In this document: positions 12,697 through 25,910 of the stretch, piece after piece
How positions within the stretch are numbered: the stretch's first letter is position 1
How the letters are laid out: every line of letters begins with the position of its first letter
DNA from: Octopus sinensis
Taxonomy: Eukaryota
Assembly: GCF_006345805.1 (NCBI RefSeq)
Contig: NW_021832127.1
Span: 177,891 to 241,890, forward strand
DNA length: 64,000 nt
Direction: 5' to 3'
Position numbers and translations under genes: made by a program
The notes under the pieces: generated by a model
Told to the model about the DNA's origin: nothing
Databases searched by the model: none
Seen by the model: the letters and a program-made list of their open reading frames with translations, nothing else

Positions 12697-13035
12697 AACA
12701 AGAGTCCTTTAAAAACTTAGACTTAAGTGCTATTGACAGTATGGAATCTAGGAAACTGAGTCGATATTTTGAAGAAAAAGTTGAAAATAAAAAAAACCAT
12801 CCTGCTGACCTTTTCGAAGTCAACTATAACAACACGTTTTTTGAACAATACTTTTGGTTATTTGAAAATATAACCAATCTTCAAGACGCCTACAATCAAG
12901 GAGATGATAGTGACACAAATCTTGGAGCAGATTTTTGCTATAACAACTGTCTATTTTGTATACGTAAATTTGTTTTTTTTGAGAATTCTTTAATTAATTA
13001 AAGCAACACTTTTATTTATATAATTTGCACATTAT
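12697..13035. repeat. dispersed repeat; second, internally deleted copy at 16584-16965
   Basis: Shared caagagt.ctttaaaaacttagactta.gtg..att.acagtatggaat and gaattctttaattaatt..aaagcaacacttttatttatataatttgcacatt. Confidence 0.75.
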
Positions 13036-13269
13036 TTCAGTTTTAAATAATTTTTCACGTGCTCTATAATTTTTATAGTTTTGTGGTTCCACTCTTTTTG
13101 CAATTTTAAATAATATTAATACAAATACAGCCGATAGCGTTGTCTTCAGTGGTGGAGATGTTAATATCGGCGAACATTGTTGTTGCCTTTCTAAAGTTTG
13201 GCACACATTTAGCCATTTAACGGCTTTTGAGGAAAGAAATCATAAGCCTTTTATTATATTAATTCAATC

Positions 13270-13850
13270 ATTTGGTCTGATTGATATTAAGCTCAGAGAG
13301 TTTGAGCAGATTGATAAGAACATCCGTCGAATTCTTATGGACAATCATATCCACTTGAAACCGGCAAACATAGAAAGACTTTATTTTTCAAGAAAGGAAT
13401 TCTCGAGAGGTCTCTAGTCAGTTAGTAATAAAGCGTAGAGAATGCTCTTTCAATTTTATTGTGATTTGAAAAATAAGGCAAACAACTGGCTAAGAAGAGC
13501 AGGAATTCTGTTCCGAAGAAAACACATATGGCCACTATCGCAGAATTCTTATTTAGAAAATACAATGATCTGTTCCAATGTCTAAAGAATGTCAAACGTG
13601 ATGTTAATAAGGGCTTCGGGTGGCTAATTCATGGAAACAATTTCCTCCGGACTGAAGCAAGCCTGCGCCTCCTGCTAGACCGAAACTTGTTTTTTTTGAT
13701 AACGGAGAAAACAAATGCAGCTACTTTAACTTATCTGAAAAGACCATTGATCACCTTGTCATCAGATGTGGGCGAATGCTTAACGGCTTTTATCCTAGAC
13801 CCCATAGCGAAGTGGTCAAATGCTTGCATCTGCATCTATTTGATAAATAA
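13270..13850 (+). mobile_element. decayed R4/Dong-like RLE retrotransposon fragment
   Basis: IDKNIRRILMDNHIHLKPANIERLYFSRKEFSRGL, then IDHLVIRCGRM..PRPHSEVVKCLHL (zinc-knuckle/RHN region). Many stops. Confidence 0.7.
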
Positions 13851-14695
13851 AAATAATATTTGTGATTATCCAAGAATTATATTTTTACGTCACAAGGTCA
13901 AAACTATAACCAGTTCCCCCATAAGTAACTTGTTTCGCATGTCACACATTAATCAATCTTAGCTTTCTTTAGGTGATCATGTGAAGAAATTCCAAATTCG
14001 AGAAAAAGGTGGTTGTTGGCTTAAAAAGTTTAACATAGTTTCTCATTGATTTTTAGGAAATAAGTCTGCTTTAAAAACCATGTTTGTTTTGTAAAAAGTA
14101 TTGTCAAGTATTCGATTAATTCTAATTATTCCTCAACTATTATTTCAAGTCAAACTCAATTATTCTTCAAGAAATTAGCCTTGGAATGTTTTAGATGTGT
14201 AAAAACCTGAATAGTAATATAATTTTGTTTTAAGTATCAATTAAAATTTATTACTCGACACCCATTTTCTATCGATCCATATTTTTAACCAGGCGTATTT
14301 TTAATGAGCACGACAAAGATTTTCAATCGATCAAAAGCATTCTAAATGCAAATTACTAAAAAGACTTCAACAAAAAATAAAGCATGTCGTTTCAGCAAAA
14401 AATTGCTGTTAAAGACAATTAATGATTCACCTGAAATCCTAGCTCGAAATCATTAAAGAGGGGAAAAAATGAACTCTAATAATCTAACATTATAAATAAA
14501 AAATGGTAAATGAGAAGTATAAACGGTCGAGAATTATCTACTTTGGTTTTTATGTTGTTGGTCTCAAGGGTGGTTTTTAATTTTACTACAGTTATTGACT
14601 CTTATTTCTGAAGTATTGAAGTTCTATTTTTATAGTCTTTTTAAACTAATTTTAAAATATAACATAAAACTTTGGATAAATGAAACCAAACAAAA

Positions 14696-15593
14696 TTAAC
14701 GAAACCAAAAGAGATAGTTAAATGGGTTCATTAAATGGAAAAGGTAACCCAGTGGAAAAAGAAACCCCAGCTTAAAAAAAGGCCTGCATTTTAATTTAAA
14801 ATCTTTGTTATCAAGTTTGTACGCTTTCTTCAAGTAATAGAATTGCGTACAGTAGACTGTCGGCAAATTGATAAACAGGCCGCCTTTAATCACCTCAAAT
14901 TGTTTAAATCCCAATTTTTTTATTTTCGAATTCATAACTCCTAATATAACAACTGAATCGCCTCCGAACCTAAAATATCTTAGACAATGCAAATACAGGC
15001 TGTCTCCGCCAATATACTCCAAATTTTTAAGAAACTCAAGAGTTTGTAATTCATTCGGAACGGAAAAGAGGATGAATCCAGTCACTGCCTGGACCCAACT
15101 TAAATATTTCAGGTTCTCGATTCGAATAGTTCTATTTATAGTAATTTGCAATCATTACTCTTTAGGCATTATGTAAAGACTCCCGATTACGACAGAACAA
15201 CGCTCAAATTGTTTGATGTTCGAATTGGTGATCGCAATTTTATCATCCACGATTTCACAAACTATTTTTTGTAAAAAGACATTTCTAAACTATAAGAGTT
15301 GTTGAAAAGGTTCATTTTTATTGCGAGTCCACCCATTAATACTTCCCGTTGTCCACATTCCGACTCATTTTCACAATCGTGAATTATTTGTTCTGTGAAA
15401 ATGGTTGTGATCAAAAAACTTTTAGCAAGTGTAGCGCCACATGGATATTCTGTGAACCTAACTCGCTCTTCCCCAGAATCCAGCGTGAATCTTCTTGTTT
15501 TAAAACATTCTATGTATAAATAATAAGTAAATTTCCACCTTGTGAATTGACAATAAAAACCAGTGAGCTTACAATCGCTAAATAACCAAGCAT
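14696..15593 (-). CDS. secreted or surface single Receptor-L-domain protein, 270 aa, 4 exons (15593-15539, 15509-15291, 15261-15159, 15131-14696)
   Basis: The spliced frame is uninterrupted. Signal-like MLGYLAIVSSLVFIVNSQ; L-domain pattern CSVVIGSLYI..LKYLSWVQAVTGFILF..LQTLEFLKNLEYIGGDSLY; hydrophobic C-tail. GT-AG introns of 29, 29 and 27 nt. The 3' exon structure is less certain. Confidence 0.85.
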
Positions 15594-15618
15594 TTTAACG
15601 AACGGCAAATCAATCTCC

Positions 15619-15625
15619 TTTTATA
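15619..15625 (-). promoter_or_regulatory. TATA-like box upstream of the L-domain gene
   Basis: TATAAAA about 26-32 nt before the ATG, enclosed by a TCTCCT/AGGAGA 6-bp inverted repeat. AT-rich context makes chance possible. Confidence 0.35.
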
Positions 15626-16050
15626 ATAATCAGGAGACAGAATCAATAATCAAGAATGATTGAAATAAACACGTATTATCATTTAAAACATTGCTTGATA
15701 ATTAATCTATCATTTCGAACATTGCACGCTAATTAATCTATAATTAATATTGCTTTGACAGACAATTTTAACAAAAATTAAAATCGAAATAAATTTTAGT
15801 CAGACTTAAATAATCAGGAATCCTTAGTTTCCAAACAACTTGTGCATTTCAAAATATTCAGGATATGATTTTTATTTATTTATTTATTTAACAGTAAAAC
15901 ATGATGAACCCTCTTTAACAGTAAATCCAAAAATCACATAAATTCATTAACTTGGATTAAGTTGCATCATTTATAAATGCATGTAAATCGTTTCTTTTGT
16001 AATTTGTACTTAAATAACAATCGACTTTAAGTTTGGCAATTACGAGCTTC

Positions 16051-16330
16051 AAATAGCAACCGCAATAATTGAATTTTCAAATACAAACCTCAAATTGCAA
16101 CTGCAAAAATTAAATTTCAAGTACAAACTTCTAATTGCAACCGCAAAATTCAAATTTCAAGTACAATCTTCTAATTGCAACCGCAAAAATCAACTTTAAG
16201 TACAAACTTCTAATATTTTTTTAACATACAAGTTAATTTCTGGACAGTTAGAAAAGGGCAAAAATCAAATTTCAAGTACAAACTTCTAATTGCAACCGCA
16301 AAAATCAAAATTTCAAGTATAAACTCTTAA
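16051..16330. repeat. ~40-bp minisatellite
   Basis: About 5-6 copies of aattgcaaccgcaaaa(a/t)tcaaatttcaagtacaaacttct, with one interruption. Confidence 0.9.
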
Positions 16331-16687
16331 TTTGCCAATTACAAAAATCAATTTTTCATATAAAAAATTATTAGTTTAAATACATCAAAAATTGTTTTAG
16401 ATGACTGAAAAAACAAGATATCGCCAATATAGTGCTGATACAAAAAATGCGGAAAGTCAAATGAAAAAAAAGTCAAGTCGTCTTTGTTTACTTTATATCG
16501 CATCTTTATAGCAATAATAGCAATTTTTTTCAAATTTGATTTTTTTTCCGCTTTACTTTTTTTCCATTTTTGAAAATTTTTTGTATACAAGAGTTCTTTA
16601 AAAACTTAGACTTAGTGATATTAACAGTATGGAATTTAGAAAACTTCGTATAAGTAAATTTGTTTTTTAAGAATTCTTTAATTAATT

Positions 16688-16930
16688 TCGGCAATCGCCC
16701 TGGAGACCGCCGGAGTTGCAGGAAAGGAGACTGACTCGTTCCTCAAAGAGGTCGGAAAGTCCATCATGGGAGGAGGCTCAAGGACTCGAGAGAGGGCCTC
16801 TGGTTCCGCCAGCGCATCGGCCTGGCCATTGTTTGGGGCAACGCACACTGCGTCCTCGCCGCTGGAACTTAACGATTTTCGGTTGTTAGTGTTTTTGTAA
16901 ATAAAAAAACATTATATAATAAAAAAAAAA
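16688..16930 (+). mobile_element. 5'-truncated CRE-like RLE retrotransposon, 3' end
   Basis: AIALETAGVAGKETDSFLKEVGK...WFRQRIGLAIVWGNAHCV plus an A-rich tail; the empty site is visible at about 12990-13005. Confidence 0.75.
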
Positions 16931-17214
16931 TTAAAGCAACACTTTTATTTATATAATTTGCACATTTCCTGCTTGACTTTCTTTCCTACATGCATGGTGT
17001 TATTAAAAACAATCTTTTTGTAAAGAAAATTTAAAAATAATCGTTTTGTAAAGAAAATTAAAAAAAATAAAAAAAATCGTTATATTGAAAAATATTTGGA
17101 TTATAGACTATATTTGATTCAATTTGTTTCCGATAAGATTAATTAACGTATTTTCTTATTATTAGAACCAAGATCACCTTCCAAAAACATAGAACTAATT
17201 AATCAGGTGATCCT

Positions 17215-17345
17215 TGCTTCGTTGGCGATCCCCACCCCAAGTTGGTAAGGAGCAAATTCTGAGCTGAGGCGGGGGCATACACTCTTCGCTCCCAATTTAG
17301 CAGTCAAGTGGCGGAAGTATTTTCCAATTGCTATAGCCAAGATTA
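17215..17345 (-). mobile_element. CRE-like RT internal fragment
   Basis: AIAIGKYFRHLTAKL..SEFAPYQLGVG parallels PIAVGNVFRRLFAK..ELQPIQLGVG in the 40541 ORF. Confidence 0.65.
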
Positions 17346-17519
17346 ATTGATTTTAAATAACCTTTTTCAATAATCTGGTTATTATTGGATCCTTGCTCTC
17401 TCTAAAGGTGAGAATTACTGACATTCAAAACTGTTTTGTAATAAAAATAAAGTTTTTTTCATTAATTATTATTAATTATCTTAATTTTAAAATGGTAAAC
17501 CTAATACCTAATAAATTAA

Positions 17520-18540
17520 GCCACGTGTGAGCACGCTGTTGATTTACTTTGTGGTGCTCTCTTAATTATTTGCTACACTTTATTTTTTTATCTTAATTGG
17601 ATTCAGAAGGAATAATTCAAGATGTATTTTCTTTTAATGATTTAATTATCTGAAAGTTCATCATTTTTGTGATATTTTTCGATTTTATTCCTTTAATCTC
17701 CTTTTTTTACTTATTTATACTTTTTGTGATATTTTTCGAGTTTGTTCCTTTAATCTCCTTTTTTACTTATTTCTATTTATATTTTTTGTGATATTTTTTG
17801 ATTTTGTTCTTTTAATCTCCTTTTTTACTTCGAAAATTTTGTCTATTTGAATGTTCGGTTATAAATGTTTCTCTGCTAATTAGGATTTGAATTTTTTTTT
17901 ATTAACAAAACAATAAAGACAAATTATGTTATTTAAATTTTTTAATTCTTTTCATAAGTGTCTTCTTAGTAGTTCCATCGTCCATTTCAACTCTGACCAT
18001 ATTATGCGGGAGGATTTCACTTATTGTACAAACTTCTCCGTATGGACTTTCGAATTTCTTGAGTGCAAGTGAAGGATTGGTACCATAGTCTTTTGAATCC
18101 TTACCTACAATTTAGAATAATTTGAGTTTACCTTATCTCCAATTTTAAATGAATGTTTTGACTGATGAACACCCATTTTCCTGTTCATTTTTAGGAAATA
18201 TGGAGATGTCACATCGGTGGGCGGAAAAAAGGAAAATTCTATGTTTTTTGAATCTATTCTATATATTGCGAATTTTAACTAACAATCTGAATTGTCACTC
18301 TTCATCTCACTGTCTTTTTCGGGAATGAAGTTGTTCGATCCTTTAATCCACGATATCTATGAATGGACTTAAAAGACATCATCATGAATAATTAATGGGT
18401 TAGATCCTTTAATACCGCGGTATCTATGAAATGGAGTATCACCTAAAAAGTTTGAAAATGTGACAATTTAACCTGTAGAAGAATGTTTGGTTAAATTGTA
18501 GAAATGTGATCTTTTTATCAATCTTCAGAAGTTATTGTAG
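17520..18540 (-). mobile_element. rve-integrase element, 3' remnant with subterminal ~50-bp repeats
   Basis: YNLTKHSSTG..TPFHRYRG; FKIGDKV..KKFESPYGEVCTISEILPHNMVRVEMDDG. Repeated ttttgtgatattttt..ttt.ttcctttaatctcctttttt units at 17660-17830. Confidence 0.65.
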
Positions 18541-20587
18541 TGGGGTTATCCCCACTAAACTAATTCCAAATAAAGATATTGTGTGAACTAAGATATTATT
18601 TATTAAAATATACTTTGGGAAAGTCCTCCTGTGATTTGGTCTTTTTGCGCTGCATGTTTTATAGGATCGTTGGCTAATTTAATCGCCTCATTTTTCGTTA
18701 TCGATACTCTAGGGCAGGGGTGGCCAACCTTTTTCACCGGCGAGCTACTTTTCATTTTGCGATTTTTTGGAGATCGACTTATATATTTTAATATCAAAAA
18801 TTTTATTTTACAATTAAAAATTAATGCGATTTTTGGCATTGTAATTCACTTGCGATTATTTCAAATTCTGGCTCGTATAAGCTTATTGCTATTCTCATGC
18901 AATCCCCAAGATGGTCATCCGTTAAACGTGTCCTGTATTGAGATTTTATCATTTTCATACTTGAAAATGATGTTTCGGATAAATATGTGCTTCCAAAGCA
19001 TGAAAGAATTCGTTGATACGAATCAACCAAAATTGGATATTTTTCCTGAGACATAAATTTCCACATGTTGACATTTGAATTAATTTTAAAGTGATGTCAT
19101 TTTTTAGATTTATAATTTCTATTTGACTTTTTCTTCGATCAACGTCAAAAATCTTGCTAAATTCTTCTGAAATATTTTCGATGTCTACATCCATGAACGA
19201 GGAGAAACAAAGAAACTGCATAATATAGTAATTTTCTTGAAATCGCTAAATCTGTATTAAACTCGTTCATTATTTTTTCTAGTACCATAGCAAATTCATT
19301 GACATAATGATTTTTATTCACAAGTTGTTTTGTGAATTCATCTTCAATGTTAGGAAAATGGGTAAAATTTTCTTTTCTGATTTGAGATATCCATAATTCC
19401 AACTTCATTATGAAAGCATTTATTGAACTGATCATATCGATAATATATCTATTCTTTACCTGTAATTCTAAATTGAGTTCATTCAGTTTGCTGGTAATAT
19501 CGGTTAGCCAAACAGGATTTTCAAGAAAATGCCAATTCTTGTTGTTTTTTTAGAAAATTCTTTAATGTATGATAATAATTCTCTGAAACGACTGAGAATT
19601 AATCCCTTGCTTAACCATCTTATGTCACAATGTAAAGGTAGATCGCCATAGATTGCATCGACTTGTTCTAGAAAAAGTCGAAATAATCTTCTTTGTAGGG
19701 GCTTGGCTCGGATGGAATTAATAATTTTAACTGTTGTCTCCATAACATAGTTGAAATTTAACATTTTCCCACATAATGCATGTTGGTGAATGATGCAATG
19801 ATATGATAAAAATTTCGGAAAATGTTTATCTTTCCGACAAAATGCAATAAATCCATTTTGATTCCCAATCATTGCAGGGGCTCCATCTGTTGTTATGGAT
19901 ACAAGTTTCTTCATTAACGGTAATAATTCGAATGATAACAAAAACGTTTTGAAAGAATATAAATATTTTCACCAGTTGTTCTTTCTTTCATAGGTATAAT
20001 AGCAAATAACTCTTCCTTGACAGTTAGATCATGGAAGATTAAACGGGAAAATACACATAGTTGGGCGATATCAATAGCATCGTTTGATTCGTCAAACTGT
20101 AGAGAAAAACACGAACATGCGTAAAGATCCTTTTTTAACTGCGAAAGAAGATTTTCAGAAATGCTTTCAGCCCTTCTGACCAGTGTTCCCTCTAAGCGAG
20201 TGGTAGCTATGCGCGCTGGGCACATTGCATTGTGCAGCGTTATAAAGTGACGTGTGCAAAAAATTTTTTGGGGGGGGGAAATTTTACAATTAAAAAACAA
20301 TGGTTAAAAAAATAGGTCTAGTCAATTGGATATTCTCTTCTGTTTTTATTTTGTATCCAAATTTGTATACTCGGTCAAGATCCACTGTATTCCCACTTGT
20401 TAAATAGAACTTGATTCGCATGATCATCTCCAAATGGTCAATCTCAAGTCTATTACGTAGTTTAGTTTTGATACAGTTCATCAACTAAATCCACGTTCAG
20501 CATCAGCACTCGACGCTTGAAATGTGCCACAAATATCCACAAATGTTGCAGTGGCTGAAAATTTTTTCTCCGCGAGTATATAGTAAA

Positions 20588-22647
20588 CTAGCTCGGCAGC
20601 TCGCTTCGCTCACCGCGACGTAGCTCCTGCGGAGGGCCTGTTTCATCAAACAACTATAAGTTTATGTAGATGTATAAAACTACCTGGTTTAATGTAACCC
20701 TATTCTATCGCCTGTTGATAAACGATGTTTGTCGTCCGTCCTTCCTTGGCATATATGAATAAATTTTCTCTTCTGCCTACCCTCGAGCATCCCACATACA
20801 GCTGTCCATGTGAAAAGCACTCACTCTCTAAAAATAACCCAACTACCTTTAATGACTGTCCCTGGGCCTTGTTTATTGTCATTGCACACTTTTTTTTTCA
20901 TTTTTTGTGGTTTATTTTTTTTATATTAATTTTTTCATTTTTCCTTTGTAATTTCCTTTTTTTTCTTTTTTGTTTTTTACTGGCGGAAATGGGGCAGGGG
21001 AGATGCGGCAGGCGGAAATGCGGCAGGCAAGAAAGCGACACACAAAAAAGCGACACACAAAAAAGATTTAATTAATTACCTTATTAAGCTGACCGTTTTT
21101 TCTTCAGCCTCGTTTTTCCTCCTTCGGTTATCTATTTAAAAAATTATTTTTGAATAATAAAAAAGTTTAGGAAAAGAGGCATACCGAAAATAAATTCTAT
21201 CTTTACAAAAAACTCAAGTAAATAGTTAATATTTACGCAAATTCTTCTGATTGCGCTGTCAATTGGTGGTAAATTGTGTTAATGGTTGTGCTAATGTGGT
21301 TTCAACTATCAAAGTGTTTTTCAAAATCTGTTAATTGCACACTCTATTCAAGGTCGTGCGTCAATTGGTGGTAAATTGTGTTAATGATTGTGCTAATGTG
21401 GTTTCAACTATCAAAGTGGTTTTTCAAAATCTGTTAATTGCACACTCTATTCAAAGTCGTGCAATCTGTGATTGCACATTCTGTCAAAGTCAAATATGAT
21501 AATAGCTTTAATTTTGATTCATGGTCGATAATGATATATGCATTTAATTTTAAAGAGAAAAACATAGGATGAATTGAATTTTTTATCGCGAATAATTGGG
21601 AGTTCATCATTGTTAATATTCTCGCTGTCGTTTTCATCAAGGATATTCTTAATACGTGAGATTTTTGCCTTGAAGGTTTTAATGGACCTCATCATGAATG
21701 TCGAGGACATTCGCGTTGTTCATTTTAATCAAAATGCAGAAAATATTTTTGATTTTTTGGGGGAAAGGTTTTAAGGACTTCATCATGTGAGTCGAGGACA
21801 TTGTAGTTGTTCATTTTAATCAAAATGCAGAAAATAATTTTTTGATTTTTTGGGGGAAAGGTTTTAAGGACTTCATCATGTAAGTTGAGGACATTGTAGT
21901 TGTTCATTTTAACCAAAATGCAGAAAATTTTTTTTTAATTTTTTTTGGGGGGAAGGTTTTAAGGACTTCATCATGTAAGTTGAGGACATTGTAGTTGTTC
22001 ATTTTAACCAAAATGCAGAAAATTTTTTTTAATTTTTTTGGGGGGGAAGGTTTTAAGGACTTCATCATGTAAGTCGAGGACGTTGTAGTTGTTCATTTTA
22101 ACCAAAATGCAGAAAATTTTTTTTAATTTTTTTGGGGGGGGAAGGTTTTAAGGACTTCATCATGTAAGTCGAGGACATCGTAGTTGTTCATTTTAACCAA
22201 AATGCAGAAAATTTTTTTTTAATTTTTTTGGGGGGGAAGGTTTTAAGGACCTCATCATGTAAGTCGAGGACATCGTAGTTATTCATTTTAACCAAAATGC
22301 AGAAAATTTTTTTTTAATTTTTTTGGGGGGGAAGGTTTTTAGGACCTCATCATGTAAGTCGAGGACATCGTAGTTGTTCATTTTAACCAAAATGCAGAAA
22401 ATTTTTTTTAATTTTTTTTGGGGGGGAAGGTTTTAAGGACCTCATCATGTAAGTCGAGGACATCGTAGTTGTTCATTTTGACCAAAACGCAGAAAAATTT
22501 TTTTTAATTTTTTTTGGGGGGGAAGGTTTTAAGGACCTCATCATGTAAGTCGAGGACATCGTATTGCCAATTTGAAGTTGGTGTGCACACACAGACAGAC
22601 AGACACACAGACAGACAGACACACACCATACCATTTTATTATTAAGA
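20588..22647 (-). mobile_element. non-autonomous Helitron, copy A
   Basis: 5' TC at 22647; 3' GC-rich hairpin-like stretch and CTAG|T at 20588. PIF1 helicase tail TINKAQGQSL..FSHGQLYVGCSRV; no TSD. Confidence 0.92.
21700..22560. repeat. ~95-bp tandem array inside Helitron A
   Basis: About 9-10 units of gaaggttttaaggacttcatcatgtaagtcgaggacat.gtagttgttcattttaaccaaaatgcagaaaa(T)n aa(T)n(G)n. Confidence 0.95.
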
Positions 22648-23897
22648 CTAGCTCGGCAGCTCGCTTCGCTCACCGCGACCTAGCTCCTGCGGAGGGCCTG
22701 TTTCATCAACAACTATAGTTTATGTAGATGTATAAAACTACCTGGTTTAATGTAACCCTATTCTATCGCCTGTTGATAACGATGTTTGTCGTCCGTCCTT
22801 CCTTGGCATATATGAATAAATTTTCTCTTCTGCCTACCCTCGAGCATCCCACATACAGCTGTCCATGTGAAAAGCACTCACTCTCTAAAAATAACCCAAC
22901 TACCTTTAATGACTGTCCCTGGGCCTGTTTATTGTCATTGCAAAACTCTCCTCAAAGGAATTGCAGCCTTTTAAATCTAAATGGTAATTCATCAGAAATT
23001 ATCGGAATTCGTGGAATATAAACATCCTCACCTCAATACTTACCTGTTAATATCGTCGCCTCTATTACGTTAGCCATCAAATTTTTGATAACTAACCTCG
23101 TACCGTTGCATAATTTAGGTGGCGCAAGATTTCGTAATAAAACCACTGGAACGCCTATCTTTAACCTTAAAAGATGATTCGGCATTCCAGAGGGATCTAA
23201 GGAGTTTAAAAATTCAATCCGGTTAAATTTGTAGAAAATAACAAAAAAAATAAAAAAACAAATAAAAATAAATAATTTAAAAACAAAAGAAATGAAAAAA
23301 CAAAAAAAACTTTAAAAATTTGTAAAAAAGTATAAACAAAAAAAATCTCTGCCGACACGGCAACAACCTGTCTAATTTTTTTAACAGCCAGTTAAGATAA
23401 TGCTTAAGAGTCTTTATAGTCCGGAGATTTAGCTTAGTGACCTTGATTAGACAAACCACTGGCGGAAATGGGGCAGCCGGAGATGCGGCAGGCAGAGTAG
23501 CAGCAGCCAAAAAAGCGACACACAAAAAAGATTTAATTACCTTAAGCTGACCGTTTTTTCTTCAGCTTCATTTTTCCTCCTTCGGTTATCTATTTAAAAA
23601 ATTATTTTTGAATAGTAAAAAATATTAGGAAAAAAGAGGCATACAGAAAATAAATTCTATCTTTACGAAAAACTTCTTTTCTTAAGGTCGTCTTCCCTCT
23701 TTCGGTTATCTATTGAAAAAATTATTTTTGAATAATAAAAAAATTTAGGAAAAGAGGCATACCGAAAAAAAATTCTATCTTCACGAAAAACTTAACTAAA
23801 TAGCTAATATTTTTACGCAAATTCTTCTGATTGCGCTGTCAATTGGTGGTAAATTGTGTTAATGATTGTGCTAATGTGGTTTCAACTATCAAAGTGT

Positions 23898-24463
23898 AAT
23901 TAACAAATAGTTATTAACTAACTAAATTCCCGGCATCGTAAATGGAAACACAGTTTCCACGTACTATGGCCAAGGAAATCCTTTCGAAAAGCCACTTGGA
24001 CTCGCGTGGGTCTCCCCGTTTATGGGAGATCATGCGGCCAAGCTTTTTTAGAAAGGAAAGAGACTTTTCGCCGATGACGCCGGAAGTCTCGACGGCGATG
24101 GGAGTGAACAGATACCGTTCAGAGAGCTCCTTGTACTTTCCAATCTTCATCTTCTCGGTTTTGCGAGAGACTGAGCCAGGCTCGACAGCTGAAGAAGGAA
24201 GGTTGAGCTCCGAGAAAGTGTCTGAACACGTCGCATCCCATAACAGAGACTTGCCGAACTCAAACGGGAAAGTCGATAGGCCGTCGGGTCTTTTTCCGTC
24301 TCCCCTCGCAAGCCCGACGGGTTCGAGGATTGATGGGATCCCAGCGGCCGTGAGCCCCCTCTGAATAACGTCGTTAAGTGCTGCATGGCGTGGTGCGCGC
24401 CCTGCACTGCGACGACAGGAAAGGGGATGTAGACCAAAACGGTCAATGACAGCACCACAACGA
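23898..24463 (-). mobile_element. 5'-truncated CRE-like retrotransposon inserted in Helitron B
   Basis: LVWDATC-type region and FTPIAVETSGVIG..WLFERISLAIVRGN. 8-bp TSD caaagtgt; empty site at about 21310. Confidence 0.9.
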
Positions 24464-24849
24464 CAAAGTGTTTTTCAAAATCAGTTAATTGCACACTCTA
24501 TTCAAGGTCGTGCGTCAATTGGTGGTAAATTGTGTTAATGATTGTGCTAATGTGGTTTTAACTATCAAAGTGGTTTTTCAAAATCTGTTAATTGCACACT
24601 CTATTCAAAGTCGTGCAATCTGTGATTGCACATTCTGTCAAAGTCAAATATGATAATAGCTTTAATTTTGATTCATGGTCGATAATGATATATGCATTTA
24701 ATTTTAAAGAGAAAAACATAGGATGAATTGAATTTCTTTATCGCGAATAATTGGGAGTTCATCATTGTTAATATTCTCGCTGTCGTTTTCATCAAGGATA
24801 TTCTTAATACGTGAGATTTTTGCCTTGAAGGTTTTAATGGACCTCATCA

Positions 24850-25910
24850 TAAATGTCGAGGACATTCGCGTTGTTCATTTTAATCAAAATGCAGAAAATA
24901 ATTTTTTGATTTTTTGGGGGGAAGGTTTTAAGGACTTCATCATGTAAGTCGAGGACATTGTAGTTGTTCATTTTAACCAAAATGCAGAAAATTTTTTTTT
25001 AATTTTTTTGGGGGGAAGGTTTTAAGGACTTCATCATGTAAGTTGAGGACATTGTAGTTGTTCATTTTAACCAAAATGCAGAAAATTTTTTTTTAATTTT
25101 TTTGGGGGGGAAGGTTTTAAGGACTTCATCATGTAAGTCGAGGACATTGTAGTTGTTCATTTTAACCAAAATGCAGAAAATTTTTTTTAAATTTTTTTTG
25201 GGGGGAAGGTTTTAAGGACTTCATCATGTAAGTCGAGGACATTGTAGTTGTTCATTTTAACCAAAATGCAGAAATTTTTTTTAAATTTTTTTTGGGGGGA
25301 AGGTTTTAAGGACTTCATCATGTAAGTCGAGGACATTGTAGTTGTTCATTTTAACCAAAATGCAGAAATTTTTTTTTAATTTTTTTGGGGGGAAGGTTTT
25401 AAGGACTTCATCATGTAAGTCGAGGACATTGTAGTTGTTCATTTTAACCAAAATGCAGAAAATTTTTTTTTAATTTTTTTTGGGGGGAAGGTTTTAAGGA
25501 CTTCATCATGTAAGTCGAGGACATCGTAGTTGTTCATTTTAACCAAAATGCAGAAAATTTTTTTTAAATTTTTTTTGGGGGGGAAGGTTTTAAGGACTTC
25601 ATCATGTAAGTCGAGGACATTGTAGTTGTTCATTTTAACCAAAATGCAGAAAATTTTTTTTTAATTTTTTTGGGGGGAAGGTTTTAAGGACTTCATCATG
25701 TAAGTCGAGGACATTGTAGTTGTTCATTTTAACCAAAATGCAGAAAATTTTTTTTTAATTTTTTTGGGGGGGAAGGTTTTAAGGACTTCATCATGTAAGT
25801 CGAGGACATTGTAGTTGTTCATTTTAACCAAAATGCAGAAATTTTTTTTTTAATTTTTTTGGGGGGAAGGTTTTAAGGACCTCATCATGTAAGTCGAGGA
25901 CATCGTATTG
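24850..25910. repeat. ~95-bp tandem array inside Helitron B
   Basis: About 11-12 units of the same monomer as 21700-22560. Confidence 0.95.

Noticed and set aside
21700-25910. CRISPR-like array, or the repetitive ORFs (MVKMNNYNVLD...) in the arrays
   Set aside because: No unique spacers; these are plain tandem repeats inside Helitrons, and the ORFs are by-products.
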